A stretch of DNA of 64,000 bases from Eledone cirrhosa (Eukaryota): contig OZ024751.1 in the NCBI GenBank assembly GCA_964016885.1, positions 47,554,001 through 47,618,000 of the forward strand, in the 5' to 3' direction. The notes under the pieces were generated by a model, which worked only from the letters and a program-made list of their open reading frames with translations, did not search any database and had not been told where the DNA came from. A program made the translations under genes and the position numbers. Below are positions 24,701 through 37,729 of the stretch, piece by piece. Each line of letters starts with the position of its first letter. Position 1 is the stretch's first letter.

Positions 24701-27378
24701 GCTGATGGCCCTCCCATTTTGTGCAGCATATATTTGGTAGGGAGTTCTTGTTCCTGTATTGCATAGAGATATCCCTCAAGGTGTGATGTCATAAACTTGT
24801 CGGAACTCCATGCCAGGCTTTTTGAGTGGTTTATCCCCTCTATGGTCTGTGTTTTACGTCTCAAGTATCCATGCACAACTTTTTCTGTAAATTGGCCAAT
24901 TTTGTTATCTTGTTTTAACATTTGTATGTATGTATGTATGTATGTATGTATGTATGTATGTATGTATGTATGTATGTATCTTGGTTAAGAGAGTGGGACT
25001 GGCTTTGTGCAGTGCCTTTGCTCACTATAAAAGCTTCACGACACAGGCATTGCTTTATATCTGGAGATCTCTCTGCACTTGTCGTCACATGGTACCATGG
25101 ACCTAGCACTATGTGTCAATAATTGTCAAAGTGTAGTGTTTGTACCAGAGTTTTCAAATAGCTGTCTGGACTAAAAAGTCACACTTGTTCAGCGCTTCGG
25201 TAGGGGTTCTCCTACATGGATATAAAGTAGTGGCCGTACTCGAAAACGAGTTGGCAGCCACCATGTATGTATGTATGTATGTATGTATGTATGTATGTAT
25301 GTATGTATGTATGTATGTATGTTTTCTCTTTCTCTTAATTTCGAGTATATTTTTTTGACCGGCCACCTTCCTGGTGGCAAGGTTGTAAAAGAAAAGAAAT
25401 TGTCATCCCTTGAATCGCAAGAATGTTTTGCAAATTTTGAAGGTGCCAGCTATCGCAGCCATTTGTAGACTATGAATTAGGGAGCTGCGCTTTTTGTCCA
25501 CAAATCCAAGTTCAGTCATACTTTGGTCCAAGCGGGTTGGTATATAACCCGTAGCACCAATAATGATGGGTATGAAGCTAAAGGTATATCTTGGATACTG
25601 GATTTGTAAACTCCTCATCAATGGTCCGTAGATGTCCTCCTTTTCCTGTATTTTTCTGACAACGTTTACATCAAGTGGGCAGCTGATCTCCACAACAGAA
25701 CACGTTTTCAATGTGTGGTCCCAAACTACAATATCAGGCCGGTTGTGCTTTAATTTGGTGGCAGTTTTTATTTTCAGGTTCCACCAGTATTCCTTAGTGC
25801 CATCTGTCTCAATATATTCTTCCTCGTTTGTTGTTAATTTTGTTTTCCGAAGTGCGTTCCAGATGGTTCTAGCCATCCCATCGTGTCTCATGGGGAGGTA
25901 GTAGCGAGATGACATTCTTTCGTAGCTGGCAACAATGTGGCTTACATCCTCGATCTTTGTTTTACATAGCCTACATTTATTGTCAGCTGCTGGCCCTCCT
26001 CTTTTGTGCAGCAGATATTTGGTAGGGAGTTCTTGTTCCTGTATTGCATAGAGATATCCCTCAAGGTGTGATGTCATAAACTTGTCGGAACTCCATGCCA
26101 GGCTTTTTGAGTGGTTTATCCCCTCTATGGTCTGTGTTTTACGCCTCAAGTATCCATGCACAACTTTTTCTGTAAATTGGTCAATTTTTTTATCTTGTTT
26201 GAACATTGAATAGGATCTTCCGATTTCTCTGGGTGAGAGATTTATATCAGGCTTTATTCCATATCTCTCCTCTATGTATGTATGTATGTATGTATGTATG
26301 TATGTATGTATGTATGTATGTATGTATGTGTATGTATGTATGTATGTATGTATGTTTTCTCTTTCTCTTAATTTCGAGTATATTTTTTTGACCGGCCACC
26401 TTCCTGGTGGCAAGGTTGTAAAAGAAAAGAAATTGTCATCCCTTGAATCGCAAGAATGTTTTGCATATTTTGAAGGTGCCAGCTATCGCAGCCATTTGTA
26501 GACTATGAATTAGGGAGCTGCGCTTTTTGTCCGCAAATCCAAGTTCGGTCATACTTTGGTCCAAGCGGGTTGGTATATAACCCGTAGCACCAATAATGAT
26601 GGGTATGAAGCTAAAGGTGTATCTTGGATACTGGATTTGTAAGCTCCTCATCAATGGTCCGTAGATGTCCTCCTTCTCCTGTATTTTTCTGACAACGTTT
26701 ACATCAAGTGGGCAGCTGATCTCCACAACAGAACACGTTTTCAATGTGTGGTCCCAAACTACAATATCAGGCCGGTTGTGCTTTAATTTGGTGGCAGTTT
26801 TTATTTTCAGGTTCCACCAGTATTCCTTAGTGCCATCTGTCTCAATATATTCTTCCTCGTTTGTTGTTAATTTTGTTTTCCGAAGTGCGTTCCAGATAGT
26901 TCTAGCTATCCCATCGTGTCTCATGGGGAGGTAGTAGCGAGATGACATTCTTTCGCAGCCGGCAACAATGTGGCTTACATCCTCGATCTTTGTTTTACAT
27001 AGCCTACATTTATTGTCAGCTGCTGGCCCTCCTCTTTTGTGCAGCAGATATTTGGTAGGGAGTTCTTGTTCCTGTATTGCATAGAGATATCCCTCAAGGT
27101 GTGATGTCATAAACTTGTCGGAACTCCATGCCAGGCTTTTTGAGTGGTTTATCCCCTCTATGGTCTGTGTTTTACGCCTCAAGTATCCATGCACAACTTT
27201 CTCTGTAAATTGGTCAATTTTTTTTTCTTGTTTGAACATTGAATAGGATCTTCCGATTTCTCTGGGTGAGAGATTTATATCAGGCTTTATTCCATATCTC
27301 TCCTCCAGATCAGTCGCTATTCTAATGATATTTCTTTTTTCATGCTCATAAACCTGAGCAAGATGGTCGCCAACCTTT
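21716..27378 (-). mobile_element. Array of five 5'-truncated RLE-type (R4/Dong-like) non-LTR retrotransposon copies in (TATG)n
   Basis: Copies at ~21716-22600, 22995-23946, 24040-24922, 25322-26273 and 26355-27378. They encode AIQEQEL, CCHC (CRLC..H...C), RHD, and HNRPDIVV..VEISCP...KEDIY (PD-(D/E)xK endonuclease). All share one 3'UTR ending in (CATA)n. Confidence 0.93.
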
Positions 27379-27812
27379 ATGTATGTATGTACGTACGTAT
27401 GTATGTATGGCTGTATGTATGCATGTATGTATGTATGTATGTATGTATGTATGTATGTATGTATGTATGTATGTGTGTATGTATGGCTGTATGTATGCAT
27501 ATATATATGTATGTATGTATGTATGTGTATGTATGTATGTATGTATGTACGTATGTATGTATGTATGGCTGTATGTATGCATATATATATGGCTGTATGT
27601 ATGCATATATATATGTACGTATGTATGGCTGTATGTATGCATATATATATGTATGTATGTATGTATGTGTATGTATGTATGTATGTACGTACGTACGTAT
27701 GTATGTATGGCTGTATGTATGCATATATGTATGTATGTATGTATGTATATGTATGCATATATGTATGTATGTATGTATGTACGTACATATGTATGTATGG
27801 CTGTATGTATGC

Positions 27813-27845
<33 letters not shown>

Positions 27846-27944
27846 CGTACGTACGTATGTATGTATGTATGTATGTATGTATGTATGTATGTATGTATGT
27901 ATGTATGTATGTATGTATGTACGTACGTACGTATGTATGTATGC

Positions 27945-27976
<32 letters not shown>

Positions 27977-28054
27977 GTATGTACGTATGTACGTACGTAC
28001 GTATGTATGGCTGTATGTATGCATATATGTATGTATGTATGGCTGTATGTATGC

Positions 28055-28095
<41 letters not shown>

Positions 28096-28180
28096 TATAT
28101 GTATGTGTATGTATGTATGTATGTATGTACGTACGTATGTATGTATGGCTGTATGTATGCATATATGTATGTATGTATGT
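27379..28180. repeat. Compound (TATG)n microsatellite with recurring TATGGCTG/TATGCATA/TACG variants
   Basis: Direct reading of the sequence. Confidence 0.95.
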
Positions 28181-28390
28181 AAATCGGAAACATCCATGGA
28201 GATAAGTATCAATTAATATAGCCGGAAATCTACCTAAAGGTAACTTTCAATATCAATATTTGTATGAATACGCCATATGTAAGTACATCCTCTCTCCCAA
28301 TACAATATAAGAAGAAAAAAGACAACAACAATAACAAGGAAAACGGAACGACGTGTTTCAAACCTATCCTACTGGGTTTCCTATGTATCA

Positions 28391-28447
<57 letters not shown>

Positions 28448-28455
28448 CGTGTATG

Positions 28456-28494
<39 letters not shown>

Positions 28495-28595
28495 ATATAT
28501 ATATATGAACATATCTATATGTGTGTATGTGTACGTATTCATACGAAAGACTATGTATTCTCAAACGTATATATCATTGTATTCATCGTGTACAC

Positions 28596-28694
<99 letters not shown>

Positions 28695-28825
28695 TTATTT
28701 AGGTTTGTTGGTTCACCACTGGATAGATATATATATATACATATATATATATATGTGTTCAATCGGGAGTAACACAGTAAGTAATGTAATCAATACATAG
28801 CATAGTATAAATATTTAATATAGAA

Positions 28826-28925
28826 ATGGCTTCTACAGGACTAGAACTGTTTCATTTGGAAGAAATCCTCAGGAAATCTGATGATTTCCTCCGAATGAAA
28901 CAGTTCTAGTCCTGTAGAAGTCATT
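28826..28925. mobile_element. Fold-back element family A with hammerhead-like cores in both arms
   Basis: CTGATGA-TTTCCTCCGAAT-GAAAC-AGTTCTA-GTC on plus (28878 onward), and the CTGAGGA version on minus. Other copies at 11979-12018 and 46817-47020. Confidence 0.6.
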
Positions 28926-28962
28926 ACGTTGTAAATCTATATATTTACACACACACACTCAG

Positions 28963-29009
<47 letters not shown>

Positions 29010-29011
<2 letters not shown>

Positions 29012-29220
29012 CGAAGGAAATGTGGCAAGGAACCAGGTGGACCATAACGCACCAAAGTACTCAATACTTAGGGTAGTAGAGTGGGTAATAGGAACGAGTA
29101 GGACCCCGACGGCTGAGCTCAAGCCGTTTCGACGGCTAATTCTGGACTAGTCTAGACTGTAGTCCAGAATTAGCCGTCGAAACGGCTTGAACTCAGCCGT
29201 CGGGGTCCTACTAGTTGCTA
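29010..29220. mobile_element. Fold-back element family B in (TA)n
   Basis: Palindrome ~29095-29215 (CCCCGACGGC..GCCGTTTCGACGGC / GCCGTCGAAACGGC..GCCGTCGGGG) plus a unique tail. Copies at 44190-44386 and 56105-56265; diverged copy at 63800-63905. Confidence 0.8.
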
Positions 29221-29438
29221 TATATATATATATATATATATATATAGGAACTAGTAGGTTATGTAACTGTTATAGAAACACGTGTCAATAAATTCCTTTC
29301 AACTAAACTGTATCCATTCAAATCTTTCTATTTTTCTCCGGATTACTTTTGGAACTACAACTGGAACCGTCGAGCAAACTCTACGTGAGCTGATAATCTA
29401 CTGTGTGTAATATTTATATTACAACACAACGGAAAATA

Positions 29439-29493
<55 letters not shown>

Positions 29494-30155
29494 TATATAA
29501 GCACACAACGCAGTTAACTATTATAATAGTTGATGTCTACAAATATCTCCAGTTGAATAATCAAATGAAGTGCGCCTAGAGACGAAAAATGTAGACAGAG
29601 GCAGTTACAAGCTATTATTATTATAGTTATCTGGGATGTGGGGTGTGTATGTACGCATATATGCGCCTCCGTGTGCGTGTATGTTTGCAGTTGTGTGTGC
29701 GTGTGAGTCTGTAAACGTAAGGCCGTGTGCATTTGCGTCAATCATTTTGTCACTGTGTGTGTGTGAATGTGACTGAGTAAATGGTTTGTTTGTTCGTTCG
29801 TTACTTAGAATTAAACCAAACATATGCATTAACCATTGAAAAATGAATGATTTTTTGGCGCCTGTAAAAGTTTTAATGCGGACATATCGATCGCCTGCTT
29901 CTATCATTAATGTAATTTAATAAGGAAATGAATACAAAAAAGTTTCACTTTGTCTTTTCTTATTTCGTTTGTTTGATTCCTCTTCTGATATTTGTAGTTT
30001 AAGAAATGTAAATAAAATATTATTACAAGTGTTTTTATAAACTGTACGAATTTGTCCTTTAATGCAATTTGATGATGTCTGATGTTTCCTTCGTTCTTGG
30101 TACGCATGTAGTTATAGCAGACACACAGACTTACTATCATTACCGTCGTGTGTGT

Positions 30156-30240
<85 letters not shown>

Positions 30241-30242
<2 letters not shown>

Positions 30243-30715
30243 TAGGAGGTGAGTTTTATTTTAGCACAATAAACCAATGCAAATATCCGATAAATAGCAC
30301 TCAATACTTATGTATTATCTTACAACGTTATTTTTTTAATTTCTCTCTGTGAGACAGTATTTCTCAGTATTAAAGGCTATCTCTCTCTCTATCTCACTTA
30401 TTTTCTCCTCCTCTCTCATCCTTCCTTCTTATAATCCTTCTCCGTCATCCTTTCCTTATTATTATATATTTTTTTCTTATTATATTCTTTCTTCCTCTTC
30501 CTTACCTTTTCCTTCCACCTTCTATTCTTTTTTTTTCCAATCTCATATATCCATCTTATTTTATTTTTCATATGTAGATTTAACACTTCACTGCTCGCAA
30601 GTGTTTTTTAAGCTTCCCTATTGTATCTGATGAGAACGCAAATATCATCCCATGATGATATTTGTTTTTGAAATGCGCATAATAAAATACATGGAACTCT
30701 TTTAACCATCTTTTG

Positions 30716-30720
<5 letters not shown>
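30241..30720. mobile_element. Diverged fold-back family D copy with hammerhead at ~30615-30697 (+)
   Basis: Tail AGGAGGTGAG... at 30244; CTGATGA (30627), GAAA (30670), TGCGCATA. The left arm is replaced by unrelated pyrimidine-rich DNA. Confidence 0.75.
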
Positions 30721-30759
<39 letters not shown>

Positions 30760-30968
30760 AAAGTTTTATTTAAATTGTTGGGATACAACAAGCAAATATT
30801 TTTATAACTGATATAAAGCACTCGACAAATATTTGGAGTAAACATACGATATTAATAAATGGAAACTATATTTATAAAACCATATTTATTTCATTATATA
30901 TATTTCAAGGATACCAAGTTACATTAAAGGGGTACGTCAATGTCTATTTATAAAACTGTTATATATTG

Positions 30969-31033
30969 TATTTTGTCTGATGAAGGCATACCATAATGTA
31001 ACTTGGTATCCTTGAAATATATATAATGAAATA
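30969..31033 (+). ncRNA. Minimal type I hammerhead ribozyme, family E, within an 83-bp inverted repeat (30844-30926 / 30994-31076)
   Basis: Helix I TATTTTGT/ATGAAATA; CTGATGA (30977); helix II AGGCATACCA/TGGTATCCT; GAAA (31014); palindromic helix III ATATATAT; ATA triplet (31023-31025). Confidence 0.75.
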
Positions 31034-31200
31034 AATATGGTTTTATAAATATAGTTTCCATTTATTAATATCGTATATATATATATAAGACATTTAATAA
31101 AATTAATCTATTCATGAATGGCTATATATGCATATGTATATAGAGATTAATATACACACACATGCACATCTCCCCTCTCTCTCTCTCTCTCTCTCTCTCT

Positions 31201-31234
<34 letters not shown>

Positions 31235-32346
31235 TGCATAAAATGGTAGACAGTCTTGTTATATAGTCGGACGGGGATGGTGTAGCGCAACATACAATTA
31301 AGCTGACTTACCATAATAGAAAAGGTAAAACGTTTCCTCATGCAAGAAGAAGAAGAAGAAGACATACGGCCAACAAGGAAGGAAAGGGGGTCAATTAAAT
31401 CGAACCAGTGCGTTACTGGTACTTTATTTTATATCGACCACGTAAGGTTGAAAAGATAATCTAACCTCGGTGGTATTAGAAGAAGAAGAAGAAGAAGAAG
31501 AAGAAGAAGAAGAAGAAGAAGAAGAAGAAGAAGAAGAAGAAGAAGAAGAAGAAGAAGAAGAAGAAGAAGCGGAAGAGGAGGTAGAGGAAGGCCAAGGAGT
31601 ACAAGAGAAAGTAATGTTTTAACCATTATATTATAATACAATATTTCGAGGCCAACATCCCCTTTTCAAACGTAAGACGAACGTTCGGTGTTTCATGGGC
31701 AGAACACATCGTTCGTTCGTTTTGTTTTGGATCGTTTTCGTTTTACATTTGAAAAGAGGGAATTAGTCCTGAACATCATATACTAGTATTTCAGGATGTT
31801 TATCCATCTTCATTGACGTAGATAGCTGTGACATAATCAGAATTGAAAAAACCCACAGTGTGACTTTTGTGTATGTATTATATATAAACGTATTGTATAT
31901 ACTTTCTTATACAACTCCATTTTGTACGACAGGTGGTTCAAAATATAAACAGTGTTTGTTTGTCTTTTAAAGAGGAAAGCTATGTCAAAGGAGAAAGTTT
32001 CTAAAAGGAATTGTTTTTATACGAGCAGCTACAATGCTAGATGGATAAAGGAAGTTTGTATTTAAGAGCAAAGCTAGACTACGGAATGAAAAGAGTTTGT
32101 CTGGAATCAGTTTAGGTGACAGCTGGGAAGAATATTGTTGATAATATCTGATCACAAAACGCTGACATAGCGGTAAATGTTCGCAGACTTACTAATGTAT
32201 TAAACCATAAGATGTTTGTATCAGTAAGTTATATATAATGATATGATGAAGATAAAATTGAACAGCTGTATGGACGATGGAGAAATTCCATACACGCCAA
32301 GAGAGGCAGTTGGTAGGCTTCGGTGAGTGGACTATTATTTCATGCT

Positions 32347-32770
32347 ATTTGGCAGTATCGGTAGTGGGCCGGGCCCCATGCTTTTCATCATAGAGTTACG
32401 CCCCTTTATGATCTGAGTTCAAATCTCGCCGATGTTAACTTTGCCTTTCATCCTTACAGGGTCGATAAAATAAAGTACCAGTAATGCACTGGGGTAATTG
32501 CTGGCCTTTTGCCAAAAGTAGAAACAATTATTATGAAAGGGTGGTAGACTGGCAGAACCGGTAGAGCATCGGATGAAATGCACGACATTATTTTGTCACA
32601 GCCCTTCTATATATTCTGGTTTCAAATCTCGCCAATGTCAACTGTACCTTTCATCCTTCCCAGTTCGATAAAATATACTACCAGTTACGTACTGGGGTCT
32701 ATATATATGATCCCCCTCCCCACAAATTGCTGGCCTTGTGCCTAAATTAGAAATCATCATTATTATTATT
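32347..32770 (+). mobile_element. Two tandem tRNA-derived SINEs
   Basis: Two A/B box heads (TGGCAGTATCGG, TGGCAGAACCGG) with family bodies. The (TTA) tail of the second abuts the Dong copy. Confidence 0.8.
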
Positions 32771-32774
32771 ATTG

Positions 32775-33700
32775 TTCTTTGAGTCTCAGTCATTGATGTT
32801 AGTTAACTGGAAAGTTTGTTGAAATGAATATCAAGCCACTACCTGCAGCCTCAGATATTCAGGACGTATCGGAGGGTTCTTGCTGTTCCCAGCAAGCATG
32901 CCTTTTGAAGCGTTCCAAAAAGCGTGGCGGGGCCAATTTTCTTTAACCATCCCTGGAAACTCTTTGAGATAGTACCTAGTGCGCCTATGACAATCGGGAC
33001 CACTTTGACTTCATGGCAGTTCCAAATCCTTTTTACCTCCCACTTTAAGTCCTGGTATCGGTTAATTTTCTCCCTCTCCTTCTCTTGCACTCTCGTGTCG
33101 AATGGGCAGGCCACATCCACAATCAGGCACGGTCTTTTTTCCTTGTCCAAAACCACCAGATCAGGTCTATTGTGTTCCAGTTTCTTGTCCGTCTGTATCC
33201 TAAAATCCCACAGCACCTTCACCTGATCGTTTTCTCTCACCGACTCTGGCTTATGCTCATACCACTTCTCAGAATGTGGTAAATTGTTTACTTTGCATAG
33301 GTGCCAGTGGATCACCCTGCCCATCACATCATGTCTCCAGCCTTTATAGTGAGTCTGGGCTAGGTGTTTACACTCGGATACAATGTGAGCCACAGTCTCC
33401 TCTCTCTCTCCACAGATCCAGCACAGTGGGCTAGCCTCCTCCTTGTAAATATGGTGTTTCAACCACTTTGTTTTGAGGGCCTGCTCTTGCGCAGCCATTA
33501 GCATTCCTTCTGTAGCCTTTTTAAGGTCTCCTCTTTTCAACCAATTCCATGTCTGTGGATCTCTGAATTAAGTTTTCTCAAAGAAGATACTATGAAGGGA
33601 TTTTTCATGAAGGCTACTCTTTCTCCTTGTTGTTATTTCCTCCTTGGACATCCCCTGGTCTTGTCCTCTCCTTCAGTACAATTCTGAGCATTGGCTCCTT
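32775..33700 (-). mobile_element. 5'-truncated R4/Dong-like copy (CCHC + RLE endonuclease, ORF 32851-33540)
   Basis: AAQEQAL, CWICGEREETVAHIVSEC, RHD, HNRPDLVV..DVACP; (TTA)n on both sides; closely similar to the neighbouring long copy. Confidence 0.92.
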
Positions 33701-33737
33701 TATTATTATTATTATTATTATTATTGTTATTGTTATT

Positions 33738-36700
33738 CCTTGAATCTCAGTCATTGATGTTGGTTAACTGGAAAGTCCGTTGGATTGAATATCAAGCCAC
33801 TACCTGCAGCCTCAGATATTCAGGACGTATCGGAGGGTTCTTGCCGTTCCAAGCAAGCATGCCTTTTGAAGCGTTCCAAAAAGCGTGAAGGGGCCGATTT
33901 TCTTTAACCATCCCTGGAAACCTTTGGAGACAGTCCCCAGTGCGCCTATGACAATCGGGATCACTTTGACTTCATGGCAGTTCCAAATCCTTTTCACCTC
34001 CCACTTTAGGTCCTGGTATCGGTTAATTTTCTCCCTCTCCTTCTCTTGCACTCTCGTGTCGAACGGGCAGGCCACATTCACAATCAGGCACGATCTTTTT
34101 TCTTTGTCCACAACCACCAGGTCAGGTCTATTGTGTTCTAGTTTTTTGTCCGTCTGTATCCTAAAATCCCACAGCACCTTCACCTGACTGTTCTCCATCA
34201 CCGCCTCTGGCCTATGCTCATACCATTTCTCAGAATGTGGTAGATTGTTTACTTTGCACAGGTGCCAGTGGATCACCCTGCCCATCACATCGTGTCTCCA
34301 GCCCTTATAGTGGGTCTGGGCTAGGTGTTTACACTCGGACACAATGTGAGCCACAGTCTCCTCTCTCTCTCCACAGATCCTGCACAGTGGGCTAGCCTCC
34401 TCCTTGTAGATATGGTGCTTCAACCACTTCGTTTTGAGGGCCTGCTCCTGCGCAGCCATTAGCATTCCTTCTGTAGCCTTTTTGAGGTCTCCTCTTCTCA
34501 ACCAGTTCCATGTCTGTGGATCTCTAAATTCAGTTTTCTCAAAGAAGGTACTATGAAGGGATTTTCCCTTAAGGCTGCTCTTCCTCCTTGATGTTATTTC
34601 CTCCTTGGGTATCCCCTGGCCTACTGTCCCCTCCTTCAGTACAGCTCTGAGCATTGGCTCCTTACTATAGGTCACGTATTTGTATAGGTTGTTTTTCTCC
34701 ATCTGAACACAGTCCTCTATGCTGATAAGACCTCTTCCACCCTCAGATCTCCTTAGGTAGAGTCTATCGACATCACTCCTCTTGTGGAACATGTTGTAGA
34801 TAGTCAATAGCTTCCTAGTCTTCCTATCCATTTCTTTTTGTTCAGCAACATTCCATCTCAGAATTCCCGCACTGTACCTAATAATAGACACAGCTCGGGA
34901 ATTTACTGCGCTTATGGCATTTCTGCTGTTCAGATGTGACTTCAATACGCTCCTTACTCTCCGAATGTATTCAGTTCTTAACAATTCCTTCATTTTTTTG
35001 TTCTTTATGCCATCAGCCTCCAGAACGCCCAAATACTTGTATCCTTCCTCAGAGTCAATTTCCTTTATCATCTCACCTGTTGGTATCTGGATCCCGTTAC
35101 TTCTGCTCAACCTACCCCTCCTCATCACAATGACTCCACATTTACCAATACCAAACTGCATACATATATCACTGCTGAAAATACGGACAGTGTCAACAAG
35201 CACATCCAACTCCTTCTCACTTTTCCCGAAGAGCTTAAGATCGTCCATGAAGAGGAGGTGATTGATGGTAAGCTCTCCCCTTCCCAACTTGTATCCTGCT
35301 CTCACTTTTCGCAGCATAATGGTCAAGGGCATCAGGGCAAGGACAAACAACAGAGGGGACAGGCTATCTCCCTGGAAGATACCTCTCTTGATCTTCACGC
35401 TTCCCAAGGATACTCCAGTTGATGTCAACTCTGTCTCCCAGGACCCCATACTCCTGCCCAGCAACTGTCTGATGTTATCTGCCACCCTGAAGATCTCCAG
35501 GCTTTTGGTGATCCAGGAATGAGGCACCATGTCAAATGCCTTTCTGTAGTCTATCCATCCCATGGCAAGATCAGTGTGTCTCCTCCTGCAATTCCCCATT
35601 ACCATCTTATCAATAAGCAACTGGTCCTTTGTACCCCGTGACTTCTTTCGGCATCCTTTCTGTTCGTCCGGCAACAAGTTGTTTGTGTGGAGGTGATGGT
35701 AGATTTCCTCAGACACAATGCTCGTCAACAGTTTCCACATTACGGGCAGACATGTGATAGGTCTATAGTTGGTAACATCATTACCCTTGATTCGGTCTTT
35801 CATTATCAGAACTGTGGTACCTTTTGTCAACCACTCTGGCACCTCACCCGACACCAAGCAGTCATTGAACATGGCCGTCAGCTTCGGGTGGAGGGATGTT
35901 AAATGTTTAATCCAATACCCCTGCACACCATCTGGGCCTGGTGATTTCCAGTTGGTTAGTTTTTTGGCTTGCCCCTTAAGAGTTTCAACTGTGATACTCA
36001 AATCAGTCTGTTGCTGTGCCTGCTCACCGATCTCCCTCTGTACTGTCTCAATCCACCCTGCCTGGGCATTGTGTCTAACATCCTGCTCCCATATTCCTCT
36101 CCAGAATGTTTTAGCTTGTTCCGCCCCAGGGATCAAGTCGTTGCCTCTTTCTTTCCCCTCAAGCTGTCCAAACAGCATCTTCTGGTTGTTATCGAACATG
36201 CGGTTCTGTTTATACTGACTGACTCTGTTCTCGTATCGCCTGATTTTGGCACTCTTTGCTACAATGCGTTGCTTCAATTCCTCTATGATAATATTTAGCT
36301 TTTTACTCCTAGTTTTGTATTTTATTTCCAGTCTATTTTTAGTGCCTATGTTTTTTAGTGTCCCATTCAGTAGTGACTCAAGCTTTCCTATGTCATTTCT
36401 CATTTCCCCGATTTGCCCACTCAGTCGCTTCTTTCACCACGGCTCTGCTCTTTCTTGTCTGTTGTTTCCTCTCGCTTTTATACCAAGTAGTTTCCTCACC
36501 GTATTTGCTGTTGCTTTGAGGATATTGTTGCACTGGTGAAGACTCCTCGCCTCAAGGTATGGGATGACTTTGTTTACCTTAGCTGTTGTTTCTTTTAACT
36601 TTTTCCTGTCTACAAATCTTAGGTTCATAGGTCTCCCACTATCATTGTTCAACTCATCTACCACTAAATTTAGGATGTCAACCGAATCTTGTCCTAGCCC

Positions 36701-37667
36701 GTCAGCATTCATCTCCTCAGTGGCCGTATCTCTGTTCCAGGTATTATTTATCTCAGTATTCAGATCATTGTCTGCTTCGGGTGGTTCCTCCGTTCTCAGG
36801 ACCTCCTCACCTTCATTTCCCGCCGGCTCGCTTGTCTGGCATACTACACCCGCCATCTCCAAGCCATTCTCTCTGCTCAGTTCCTCCAGTTCCAGCTCGC
36901 TTATCCACCCATTAGTTCTTATTACCCGAGCCTGCCCGGCCAATTTTTGTTCATCTAATTTAAATAAACCAATCTCGTTCCAGATGTTATGCATCCGTCT
37001 CCTGTAGCCCCTCTCCTTGGGGTTACTTTTCAGGTAGCATTGCATAACAGTTCTATTCAATTCTTTCGTCCAGTTGGTTCTGGCCCCTTTCCTTCTTCTT
37101 CTTCCTCCAACATCAGCAGTATTTGGTTGACAGTCAGGTTCCTGCTGCTGAGCCAGGGGGCACCTGTTGGGTGAGAGTCTGTCACATGACGTTCTAGTCT
37201 CCATTTCACCGTTATTCGAACTGTTTATGTTCGATATTTAAACACTCTTATCGAGGATTGGCGAATGTATGTTTACATAGCCATCTGTGGATCCGCCATC
37301 CCACTTGGCCCTTGTGTGGCATTATCACCACGCTGTATACGGACACACATAAACAAACAAACACACGGGCAGAAAGGGCCCCAAAACTGAATAAGCATAA
37401 GTTTCATTGTAATGTAGTATTCGAATGTCTGACTTAGTTTTTGTTTTTTAAGTTTTACTTTTTCCCCCCTCTTCTCTGTCCGTCCGCCTGCTTCTCTCTT
37501 CATTCTTATTTTCTTTACGTTTTTGGGGTTTCTTTTTTTGTTTTTGTTTTTCTCTGTTTTTCTCGTTTTTTACTGTTGTTGCTGTGCTGCTTTTGTTGTT
37601 TGTTTTTTCTTTTTTCTTTTGAGTCTATCTATATATTTTGATGCCTTCCTCTTTGTTAGTAGTAGGA
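33738..37667 (-). mobile_element. Near full-length R4/Dong-clade non-LTR retrotransposon in (TAA)n
   Basis: Single long frame 33812-37204, a ~460-bp 5' region, a short 3'UTR and (TTA)n at both ends. Confidence 0.93.
33812..37204 (-). pseudogene. RT + CCHC + restriction-like endonuclease ORF, broken by one in-frame TGA (36434-36436)
   Basis: The 256-aa and 863-aa ORFs are in the same frame (EPW*KKRLSGQIGEMRND). Motifs: KSPGPDG, YRPITCL, DYRKAFD, GIFQGDSLSP, HLLFMDDLKL, YKYLG, CRIC..H...C, RHD, RPD. Confidence 0.93.

Positions 37668-37729
<62 letters not shown>

Noticed and set aside
36434-37204. Separate ORF1 of the Dong element
   Set aside because: It is in frame with the RT ORF and separated by one TGA; R4/Dong elements have a single ORF.
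37260-37385. HDV-like ribozyme in the Dong 5'UTR (GGCCCTT/AAGGGCC stem on minus)
   Set aside because: Stems exist, but I could not place the L3 CC, P1.1 and J4/2 elements.
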